Assembly (NCBI RefSeq): GCF_000181795.1
Contig: NW_003526944.1
Coordinates: forward strand, 2,055,797 to 2,119,796
DNA length: 64,000 nt
Direction of reading: 5' to 3'
Origin: Trichinella spiralis
Lineage: Eukaryota
Below are positions 1-11,371 of this stretch, piece after piece. How positions within the stretch are numbered: the stretch's first letter is position 1; the number at the start of each line of letters is the position of its first letter. The notes beneath the pieces are model-generated. The model did not search any database. It was not told where the DNA came from and saw only the letters and a program-made list of their open reading frames with translations. Made by a program: the position numbers and the translations under genes.

Positions 1-1226
1 TTTCCACAAGTTTTTTCACATTCGGCCAAGTCTTTGAAATTGTTTTCATTGCCTCCGCAACCACCGTAAAAAAAGTACTTGCATTCTTTGAATTCTGTGC
101 TGTAGTAAAAGCGAAGTTCAAATTTGTTGCATGTTCCACGATCTTTAGGTAAAGTGCAACTCTTCGCAGTTGACTGTACTAAGTTGCTAGCAGATTCTGA
201 AAACATTTTTTTCAATTAATAAAATTATTATTAAACCAAATACAAATTTATAAACAACTGCATACGATTGTCATCTGCACTGCTTGCTGGACAACATGCT
301 GCCATTGTTGGTCCCATCATACATTTGTAACCTTTCGGGCAGGCTCGGCCAAAACAGTTGTAAATTTGACCAGACTGTTCGAGCAGGGGTGAAATACCGG
401 GACCACAGATTGGTCCTGATGGTTTGTTTTGTTGCAATTCGATTGGTTTTTCTACAAAAAAAACGATGCTTGGTAAAATTAAAATTTTGCTTTTCATCAA
501 AAAAGATTATTTACGCCTGCAGTCAGGTCGTCCTTCGTTGGCTTGTTTTCTCGTTCCAGCAATTTCTACTCCATCTTTATCAACACACCAACAAATTTGA
601 GAATGTTCATGACACTGAATCTCTTCGAAAGCTCCATCAGCTGTGCAGCTGTAAATAACACCAGTTTGAATATTCACATGGTCTGTATTCGCTTGATTCT
701 CCTTTAGGGCTAACTGCCGCTGTTGCTGGCATTCTTGAAAATAAATTAATTCGTAAATAAAACTACAACTATCAAAATCAAAACACTTACTAGTCAATGA
801 ACGAATAGAAGGCTTGACATTTTGCTCTAAAAAAGCCAAACAAGATCAATTAACAAACAAATCAATTTACACCGCTTTACAAAAATTTTACTTTACCAGA
901 AGAATCAATTGATTTTTCTTCAACACGAGGGCTTGTGGTCATCTGGTGGAAAACATTAGCCGATGTAAGTTTTTTCGGTCGTTCTGTATGGCCAGAGTCG
1001 GGCGATGGACCACCACCGGCAATACAGGCTTGTTCACAGTCTTGCTTGCGTTTGAACAACTCTGGCTGACCACTGATACCTTTGCACAGAGCATACGGAT
1101 ATGAGACGCATTCATCTCCACGACGATAAAATCGCAATACAAATTGTGAACGGCCAATTGTCCGACCGGTATTAGAGCCACAAGTAGCTTGAAACGGTTG
1201 CCGTTCACATGGATCAATTTCTTTAC
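1..1226 (-). CDS. Multi-exon Kunitz/thyroglobulin type-1/Cys-rich repeat extracellular protein. Partial: the 3' end runs off the window and the 5' exon(s) are unresolved.
   Basis: Exon from 1226 to ~896 encodes an atypical Kunitz domain (DPCERQ..RFYRRGDECVSYPYALC..DCEQAC). Exon ~734-514 has the thyroglobulin-1 motif QCHEHSQICWCVD. Exon ~450-265 has a Cys-rich module (CGPGISPL..CPKGYKC..ACCP). Exon ~197-1 is a canonical Kunitz (CTLPKDRGTCNKFELRFYY..CKYFFYGGCGGNENNF..CEKTC). Confidence 0.85.
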
Positions 1227-4200
1227 CTGAATTCAGAAAAGAAATACTTAATCATATTTATAATTTTATATATTTGTTATTTCATTAAATTATTCTTCTT
1301 ATTGCTCTGTCGTGAATCAATTAGCTTCCAAAAATAGTGCAAACTGAGCACAGTAGACTACTGCGCGCTGCGTATGTCAGCTTCACATTGCCATTCAACT
1401 TTGTCATTACATTTCTAATGTTGAATGATCATCTAACTTCTCTCCTATTGTATTTTGCGTAAATTTCTAAACGTGCTCCAGTAAAACTGCAAGTGCTGAA
1501 CAAGCAGTGCCTGGTGTGACCAAGAAGAGGAAAAGTGCTACCTCTAGCAAATTAACAGCAACAATAATTTTTGGTACAAATTGAAAGACGTAATATTCAA
1601 ATGAAATGGTAATTTTGGAAAATTTAACTTAATTCTACACACCAATTTCTTTATTGCATGCACATGCAGTTCACATTATCGAGAAATAAATGAATGATGC
1701 GAAAGATGCAAGTTGTTTATATTTCAGTCAGAGTTCAAATTTTACAATATTTCGACAATGAACTGTGAATACACAATACAATTATTCTTCATAATTCCAT
1801 TTACATTTACATTTCACAGATCATATATGACAAGTGTGGTGTCTTTGTTCTTTGATAAAGATAGCTCAGAAGAACACTTCTGAAAGACCACTTGAAATAG
1901 ACAAAAGAACTAAAAATGGAGAGTGGTTGCAAATTTTCAATAGTTGATTATATTATTACTGACAATAATCGGTTGAATCGAGATCAAAGATTATACGAAA
2001 ACCCCCATGCGAGGATGGATCGTTGAGGACAAAACTACACAATACGCAGGTGAAGGCCGGTCGGAGTGCAACAAGCATCCTGAGTTACAATCACCGCAGC
2101 ACCGACCCCTTCAGCTGTGTCCTTGAATCCACGAACGCTTATGCAAAAACTTGCCTTGAATTGATTTTGAAAATAAACAATTATGCATAATTTCAAATGT
2201 TCACCGCAATAAATAAATACTCAATGCGGTGATCAAAAGCGAATTCTGCTCAATCGTCTCATACACAGGAAATGTCCAGCTTCTAATACTGCGACCCTAT
2301 TGAAAATTGGTTCGTGTCCGTCGCAGTTGACCAGCTGGACTTCCGTTTCGAATGCCTGTCTGCCTTATCAAACTGACCGAAATGCATTCAATTCAATTGA
2401 TCGTGACTCAATTCGGCTACATGCTTGTAAAATGACCAACCACACAGGCAACATCTGCCTTTATTGAAGATGATAAATAAATTATTCACAATAATTTACG
2501 AGTTTCCATTACAGCAAAATTAATTTTTCGTAAACAGAACATTCCTCATTGTTGTCAGCATAGCTGATAAACACAAGATGATTGTTGTTTGTCCTATTCC
2601 TGCTCTTTTGTAGTACTTCTTTCAAAATATTCTACTCCACATAAACAACCCGTTCAGAAAAATACAAAATATATACTGTTTTTCCATGTCTTCGCTAATT
2701 CAACTGCTCACATGTATGATGTAATAACCTAATTTTCTCATAAGTAAGCTTATAAAGTGAAAAAAGTCTTAAAAAACTTAAATTCTAAATGCTTTAGCAT
2801 AACCGCTGTACCAATATAGATGAACAGATACTGCGTGTACATAGATACATGTATATATATATATATATATATACTCTGAAATTCAAATAAGTGAAAAAAT
2901 GTTAAAAAGTTTTTGCTTACTTGAAGAAATAAGTAACAAGTTGAGGCAAGTAACCGAAGTTAACAAAAATATGCCGTACATGACGACAACACAACAAAAT
3001 GATGAATCTGAACCCAAAGCAGATATATATATATTATTGTATAGAAAAGAACAACCAGCAACCAAGGAAAAGACAACTAGGAATGATGGCGGTGCGATCC
3101 GGTGAGGAAGAAGAAGCCGCGCTGACTTGTCCGCCTGTTCGCTGTTGTGAAACAACCCAACAAGCGGGTGGCGCTTTACCTTATGTCGCTAGCCAACTGC
3201 AAACAGCCAATCAGCTTTCGAGCATCGTTCGACGCAGTTCGCCGACCTTTGTCCCATCAGGGCAGAGTTTCGACGTCGGATGTCACGCAGGGGATTCTGC
3301 ATGTCACAACCTGCAGAGCTGAATCTCTGTGGCGACTGACACCGATTCCGACAGACCGTCTCCGCCCCCGTATGTCCAGAGTCAATGGCCATATTCTGTT
3401 GCATCACAGCCGAACCTGTAACCCATTTCCTTGCAAACAAATGATCAACAGCACAAGGTCGACTGTTTTTCTTCTTCCCAAAAATGCTAAAACAAAACTT
3501 AACAAGCAAAATGTCGACGCTCTGCGGTCGGCCAATGACTCTCGAAATGCAAAAGCAGAGACGTTTCACCACGAAAATCGTTTTTAAAAATTCATTCACA
3601 AAATCTACATTTGTTTTTTTTCACATTACCATAATAATCAAAATTAAAGCAAAAGTTCATCGTGCTTGAAAAAGATGCAGATTTTCCACACGCTTGTGTA
3701 TACGCAAATAAAAACAACAACGAAACATCATAGCACGTTGTAGTTGGCATCACTTTCACATCATGGCTGTCATCAGAACACTGCATAAATGATAACAATT
3801 TTTTATGAAAAAACTGAAATTCCCAACTTTCCCTTTTTAAGCGAAAATGAACAATCTTCCGGTTTATTTAATGAACATCATCAATTGAAAGATTGATGCA
3901 CATATGAAAAGGTGACACTTTAATCTCGAACAACCATAGCTCATTTTCACGATAACTGATATGCAGTTGATTGATGAGTGAATTTTTATTTGTCGATTTT
4001 CACTTAACACAACTTTCGTCATGGGAAAATTTTTTTCAAATACATAAATTCATAACAGAATAAACAAGAAGATTGGAAACATGAAAAAGAAATAATAGAA
4101 TGTACTTTTTTATTTTATAATTTACCAATGAACAACAATTTTATTAACTGAAATAATAATAATTCAAAAGATTCATCTTCATTGCTGGAAAACCCCTCAT

Positions 4201-7200
4201 TTTAAATAAAAATCCCAATACTGATGGAACAATATGATGAGTAGTGATCGTTGTATTTCTTTATGCGCAGCAAAATTTGCAGTCGAAAATCTTATGCTGA
4301 GGAAAATGACTTTTCATGTTGAAAAAAAATAACAAAAATTACAATGAATGACAAGAGAAATTTTTAAAAGTTGAATGACCAAACAATCATTGATGTCGTA
4401 CAAATTTATAACAAATATCAGTCATTCTGCAATAGTTCAACCTCGCACAATTGAAATAACATATTATTATTCATAAAAAATAAATTCAATAATAAAAATT
4501 TCACAAGTGTAAAATAAAAAATAGCAAAAAATAATGCAAAAAAAGTAAAAATTAAAAATTGGAACTAATTTCAAATGAAAAACGTGATCACTTTCAAGAA
4601 GGAAAAATTTATCACATTGTTTGACGGTTGATTAATGTATGCTAAGTTTTACAAATTTCTTGAAAATGGAAAATGCGCAAATGTTTTCAAAAATATTATA
4701 CAGCTAGTTGTATATAACTTGAGAAAATTAAATTATATTTTTGGTTAATCAATTTAGCACTATTGAAACCATGATTCACTTTCACTTTTCATACGCAAGA
4801 CATCGATTCATTTTACAGTTTCAGAAATAGCATTCTTTTCAATTCATAAACATAAAAATACAATTTCCGCAAAGATGAGGTCATTGTCACAGAAACTGCT
4901 AATGCTGCTGCTATTTGTTGAAAACAACGAAACAATGAAAACAAATACACGCACACACACACATACGACAGGAGTAATTGTATTCAAGCTGTTTTCACAT
5001 ATTTATTCATATTTATGTTATCCTCCAATAATGTTCCTTTAAATAATACACCACAAAGTATATTTAAATATCTTACAACAAGTGATCTCTTGAAAAATGC
5101 AATATTTGTAGTGTTTAGTTTCAATTAATCAACATAGAACACTACAGTAATGAGGTACAAAATTGGTCATGCACAAGATAAGTTTCTCTGTTTTCTCATT
5201 TTATTACATAAGCTGCCCTTTCATTAAACTCTTTAAAAACGCTTCTATTTCATAAAAATTTCACTTGTTAAATATTAAATATATAAAAACAAAGATAAAA
5301 TTCAAAATTCAGATCTTATAAGTTACATGAGAAATTTTAATAATGAAATGTAATTTAAAATAAAAATTCGAAAAAAATATAAATCAAAAAATGCTACAAT
5401 TCTACTTGAAAATCATGTATTCAAATAAGCCTTGAAATGATAATTCATAAAACAAACATTTCTTTACAAATGAAATATATCAATATAAATTTGGAATAAT
5501 TTAATGCAAATATGAAACAGAATTTTTAATCAAAACAATTTTTATCAAGTAAAAAAATATTTTTTTTCCAAAAACTAAAGGCCACAATACAGTATGTCAA
5601 TCAAAAGTTGACGAAACCATTACAAGATAACAGAGTTATAAATGACCATGCTTTTGATAAGTTTCACTAATTGACAGTAAACAGTTGATTTCAAATAATA
5701 ATTATTTCAATAAAAATGTATAAGTGTTATCGAAAAATAAAACTAAATTTATTGCACAAAATCGCAACTTCACATTACAAATAAGAATCGAACTAGTTCA
5801 AGAAAGTGAATAAAATATGATGTTCTCCCAAATGTCCACAAATTATAAAAGAAGTCAATAAAAATCATACATTCCTTGAATAAAAATGTTCTTGTTTGGA
5901 AAATAAGTAATTAAAAGTAGTTCTATTCAATCAAGTACATTCTGCCATGTTAAGCATGCAAATTTAACAATATGAGAAAAACAAATCTGCATTACGGTAT
6001 TTTAAACTTTAACTTATACTACTGTTATAATTTACTTGCAATAATTTTGTAGATAATGATTTGTTTAAAATTCAAAAAATTTTAAACAAATAAATCAAAC
6101 TAAACAGAACTTAATTAAAATCACCTAATCCTAATATCTCAATTATAGAACAGCTCAAAAATTATTCTTCGACATGACAAACTCATTTGTTTTCAAAATC
6201 ACAATAAAATCACATTCTTCTGACAAATCGAATACACTGGAAAAAGAATTGCAACATTTTTAATTTGTGAAACAATTTCATCCCTATGCATTCACTTCTT
6301 TACGTTGCACTAATTAAAACATAAATTCATTTCCGGTTAATTAACATACAGTATGCAACAATTCATATTGTGTCAGTTTAAATATCTACACGCCCACCAC
6401 CATTGATTGCTCCACTGCTACCCACACATTGTTATTTAATTTTTCATAAAAACTGTTGTAACATATAATTGTAAAATTGGAAAGCATTAAACAGAACCAT
6501 TCTCTAACTTGCGGTAACAACACAGCTCCCGGGTATCAGTTCACAACAAAAGTGCAAATTGTTCAAATCGGGCGAATGCAAAAGAAAACTTGCTCATCTG
6601 CAAGAAACATCACAATTCTTCCTATTCATTGTGACTCACAGCGATGCTGTTAATTCTATTTAACAATTGACACTGCTAATGTTATAGATGCAGGCACTTA
6701 GATGTCAAAGAACTAGTAAAGTAAAGCGTTTGTTTATTGGAACAATGCTATTTCCGTATTCTAAAATACTGTTCATATTGTAGCGAACAAAAATTAGTAA
6801 TCAAAACCATGTGTAAATAAATAAATAAATAAATAAATATCTATATGCACTGTTGCAGATGCTGACAGTCTGTTCGCACTATACTTAATAAACAACAAAA
6901 AACCATTTCCTAATGTAGATGTCAATCACAAGTAGATCAACTAAAACACATCTCTGACAGAAATAAGCCAGAAATACTTGATTTTTTAAATGGCGCAAAG
7001 TCGTTTACAACAGAAAACTGTCAAATGCATTTACATCGATAACGCTGCCACCGTTAGCAAAAATGTCTTCAGGGTATATTTTGCATTCTGTAGTCACGAA
7101 ACACCCAATCAAACTATGAATCTTGCTTGATTGACGCCCAAAAATTCAGATCCAGGCAAAACAATCTATTCACAATTCCACTAACGCAAGAGACTGACTC

Positions 7201-7552
7201 TTAAATACCTTTCTCATTTCGTAACAAAACAAAAAGCTCCGGCTTCATTTAAACCATTTAACATTTACCAAACAATTAGCGTAAGTATTCTTTTTATCCG
7301 TCATTAAAAAAAAATTGAAACTTAAGTTATACACTCTTTCACAATTATCCACGATAAGCGATAAGCATATAAGCATAGATGTCTCCCAATAGAATACATT
7401 TCAATACCGACTAGTGTGATTAATCATCATCGATTAAGTAGTAAACACATTACTTTTCTATTTGAAAAAAATTAACTGCAAGAAATACTTTGCTGTTAAG
7501 AATTTTTTTCTGATATCAGTTTTGCATTTTTCAGTTGAAGTGCCACAGAAAC

Positions 7553-9301
7553 ATGCAACAAGCGAACGGCACACGAAAATTAGACGACGACAATATGAAC
7601 AACAAGAACAAGCATAACATTTCAAAGAGCAACACGGCTCCTGAGCTGAGCGAATACAAGGGTCGAAAACGACGCAGTACTGCGGCTAGCCTGGAGAATC
7701 GCACTGGAGCAATGTCGAAAATAGACGAAAGCATTATGGATGTAAATCTTTCCGGATTGCATGAATTTTCCAACGCCACCACCACTTATGGCAAAATGCT
7801 GTGGGCAATTTTGATCGCACTAGCTATCGTTGGCTCGTGTTATGAAGTTTATAAAATATTGTATAACTATTACAATTGTCCAATTGTAACTGAATGGTCC
7901 GTGAAGGCGACAAGAGCTATAGATTTCCCTAAAGTGGAAATTTGTCTCACATCATCAATTGGTCAGAGCGCGATTGATGAATACCCGAATGCGGCCGCAG
8001 TTGCAGCCACAATGAAGAAACGATTACTGTTTACAGATTCGAACAGACCCAACAAACCAACCAAAGAACGTTCCAAGCGACAAGTTCATCAACACGTTCC
8101 ACCTCAGTTTTGGGATATTGCGCCAGAATGGCATCCGTCGAAACAAAAACGAGATACCACCACTGCAACAACATTGGACAGCAACAACAAGAACAATAAC
8201 AACAACAACACAGATCTATCGAATATGACGAAATTGTTCGACGATTTCATGCGTTACAGTTTCAGTGTAGACGATGTATTTTTAGATTGCGTTTTCCGAG
8301 ATACGATGATGAGACAGTTGAACTGCAACGACGTTATTACAGAAGTTCTGAATCCCAACTGGGGAAAATGTTTCGTCGTTTCAGTAGGCGACAGAAAACA
8401 ACACGTGCCTGGTCAAGGACTGGTGCTAGTGATGAATGCACAAAATCACAACTATCCTACAGAAAAATCACTAATGCCTAAAACGGCTGGCATGATTGTC
8501 AGCATTCACCACGATTACAATCCGTACAGTTTCAACTATATCAACGTTCCGACAAAAAGTTACACTAGAATGGGCTTGTACGCGGAGTACCACGAGTATC
8601 TGGATGTAGAAACAGGACCCAAAGCCCAGCCGTGCATTTCTGAAGAGGAAAAACATTTTTCCGTGCTAGATTTGGAATATAATGTTGCCGCATGCCAAAT
8701 GGACTGTTTCCAAAACTTGACACTGACCAAATGTGATTGTATCATTTTGCAAGATGTCAGTTTTGTCAAGGCAGACATTCGAGATAGCGTGCACTTTTGC
8801 TCACCCGAAGAGATTACAAACTGTGTATTACCCGAAGTAACCAATTCGAACGAAACCCAAACTCTGTACGAAAGCTGCTGTGACAAATGTCATACGTCAT
8901 GCTCTATTTGGCATTATAATGTACAATCGAGCTCAATGGGACTCCACGAACCGGCGTTTAACTTTCTGCAAAAATACAACATCTCGTTGGACAACTTGGT
9001 CTATTTGCACATAGCGCACACCAGTCTTGAATATACTGAAGTTGGGCAAGAGTGGGCAACGGAGATTGATAATCTGATTGCTGATTTTGGCGGTCAAGTA
9101 GGTTTATGGATTGGTGGCAATTTGATCACTTTCATACAAATACCAATAATGCTGTTGCTAATCTTTTTCGTCTCCATGTACGAAAAATTTGTTGGTGTGA
9201 GAAAAATTCGTCGAGTAGTCGACCAAAAACGGAACATGTGGTCAACATGGTCGACAATCATTCAAGCTGGTCGAGATGGGCAAGGATCACCACTGCCTTG
9301 A
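7553..9301 (+). CDS. DEG/ENaC (amiloride-sensitive channel family) subunit, intronless CDS
   Basis: Uninterrupted ORF with TM1 (KMLWAILIALAIVGSC), post-TM1 DFPKVEIC, WGKCF, a Cys-rich thumb (CQMDC..KCDC..C..C..CCDKCHTSC) and TM2 signature LIADFGGQVGLW. First ATG is at 7553. A candidate 5'UTR intron runs 7281 (gtaagt) to 7534 (ttttcag). Confidence 0.93.
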   Translation: MQQANGTRKLDDDNMNNKNKHNISKSNTAPELSEYKGRKRRSTAASLENRTGAMSKIDESIMDVNLSGLHEFSNATTTYGKMLWAILIALAIVGSCYEVYKILYNYYNCPIVTEWSVKATRAIDFPKVEICLTSSIGQSAIDEYPNAAAVAATMKKRLLFTDSNRPNKPTKERSKRQVHQHVPPQFWDIAPEWHPSKQKRDTTTATTLDSNNKNNNNNNTDLSNMTKLFDDFMRYSFSVDDVFLDCVFRDTMMRQLNCNDVITEVLNPNWGKCFVVSVGDRKQHVPGQGLVLVMNAQNHNYPTEKSLMPKTAGMIVSIHHDYNPYSFNYINVPTKSYTRMGLYAEYHEYLDVETGPKAQPCISEEEKHFSVLDLEYNVAACQMDCFQNLTLTKCDCIILQDVSFVKADIRDSVHFCSPEEITNCVLPEVTNSNETQTLYESCCDKCHTSCSIWHYNVQSSSMGLHEPAFNFLQKYNISLDNLVYLHIAHTSLEYTEVGQEWATEIDNLIADFGGQVGLWIGGNLITFIQIPIMLLLIFFVSMYEKFVGVRKIRRVVDQKRNMWSTWSTIIQAGRDGQGSPLP

Positions 9302-10024
9302 AAAACAGCAGCAAAGGCGGCAATACAGGTTGAAAAGCTATTTCACCGTTTAGATAGAACTCGACTGCTTCACCTTTCCATCAATAACGATCACTAATTA
9401 TTGTGCTTTAATGTATTTACAAATACAAAATATTAAAATCACAACGCTCTGCTAACCGGCACAAATAAAATGATAATTTTCTAACAGTGCAACACTCAAC
9501 TTCACCATGAACTTAAATATCAAAAAACTACAGTATATACTACTGTATTTGCTGATATGTTCTAATGGAATAAAATATTTTTGATTTCTGAAGAGAAAAT
9601 TTTCACTTTTCCACATATGTCTATTGAATTTGATAAAAAGTCATATTAAAAAATATATATATGGTGTATCTGCGCGCTAAATGCTCACTGAAATGTGAAT
9701 GCAAAATGTGAACTATTTCTTTTCGCAATTATGAAAATTATTCAATTTATCAAAATATACAAAGCTCAAACTGAAACATTTCCAAGCAATCGCTGCTTGG
9801 ACAGGGAATTCATCTGTCTGCTTCGTCACAGTGAAGCACAACTATGCAACTACAACTTCAATAAACATTTCCTTTCTCCTTACAAGCCCCAGTGAGTTTC
9901 ATATGCAGAACAGTATAAACAAGCAGAACAATTTTGAAAATTTCTCACGAAAATCAACAACACATTGTCAAAGAAAAAAAAATCAGAAATAGCTTTTGAA
10001 AAAAAGTAAATAAATTGTACTTAC

Positions 10025-10063
10025 CGAATAATGTTGCAACGAACCGCTTACTGGAGCCATCAT
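10025..10063 (-). CDS. Candidate orphan first coding exon (MMAPVSGSLQHYS)
   Basis: ATG, 13 codons, then a consensus donor gtaagt. A ttatttag acceptor lies about 50 nt upstream. The downstream exon was not identified. Confidence 0.3.
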
Positions 10064-10744
10064 TATTTTACCATTAACTTGCACCGACTACAGTGGAAAT
10101 GGACAGCAAATCAGGCTAAATAAACAAAAATATCAACGTAAATTTGAATAAAATTCCAAACGCTCTTATCACTGCCGGGCATTCCTATTTATCAATAGCA
10201 AATCAAGTTCTACTTGAAGAATTACAACTTTTCGCTTTGTACTTTTACTCTTTGTTATACTTTTTAAATTATACCAGCAAAAAACCTACTTTACTAACTG
10301 CATCTTATAATAATACTTTGCATATGATATGCAATTGAAAAAAACGTTTTCCCTCCAACAAATAGAAGATTGAATTTATATATTTGAAAAAAGGCTGAAC
10401 TGTACTTGGAAAAAAAGATGCGGTAAGATTCGGTTGCAAACGATCTGGATTTGGGCTGAGAACAATAGAACAAATGACGACACAAAACGGAAGATCTAAA
10501 AAACAGAAAACAACAAGATCTTTCAGTAAAAAAATTCAAACGTCACCAATCAGAGTGCAGGTTTGATGAAACGATTTTTTTTCGAAACATCCCTGAAGTT
10601 GAAACCGTTGCCGATATATAAATAGTGGTCAATTGGTGATTGTTATTTCTCTCTATTGATGCGTTCATTCAATGGAAATACAAAGAATACTACATCGACA
10701 CAACCAGTTCTTAGCCTCTTCTTGCATTTCCGCTAAGCAAGTAA

Positions 10745-11306
10745 ATGCTTCGGCTGAAGCATTCAAGCGTCTCTAGCTCAACTATGCTGCCTGCTTCTGG
10801 AAACGATCAACGAAGCCCACCGACAAAAGTAACATGAACTTCTTCCACACGTTCAACAATGTCATATCCTTCATAGTCGAGAGGTAATTTGTTTTTTCAG
10901 GATGTTCGCCAATTGTCGTATGAAATACCGAAATATATACGAGCCGGATTCACGCAACCAGAATTTCTGAAAGTTTTCGACGATGCCAAAGTAGCCGTTG
11001 GTGGACACGTAACATTCGACTGCCTGTTGATCGGCACGCCCCGACCAAAGGTTTCTTCACATTCTGTGTTAGCCTAGATTAAAAAAATATTCCAATGCAA
11101 TGCTTGGATGTTTTTCACAGGTTGTTTGGCTTTTCAACAACAAGCCAATTGATTTCGAGGATGTCATCATAAGCAACACCAGTGACTCATGCCGTCTGAC
11201 AATTCCTCAAATCACTTTTCACCATTACGGCCTGTACGCAATCATCGCCGAAAACGAAGTGGGCCGTATTAGTTGTTCAGCCCGTCTGATTCCCCTGTTT
11301 ACATAA
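10745..11306 (+). CDS. Small single Ig I-set domain protein (titin/UNC-89-type intracellular Ig), 3 exons
   Basis: Exons 10745-10828, 10901-11050 and 11121-11306 splice in frame. I-set pattern: PEFLK..VAVGGHVTFDC..GTPRPKVVWLFN..CRLTI..GLYAIIAENEVG..CSARL. Confidence 0.8.
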
Positions 11307-11371
11307 TGCTAAAGTATATTTGAAATGTTTAATTTTTTCCCTTTTCAAACAAACCACTGCGAATAGCAAAT

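Noticed and set aside
3600..7250. Long AT-rich region as a transposon or hidden gene
   Set aside because: No substantial ORF, terminal repeats or transposase/RT motifs were seen.
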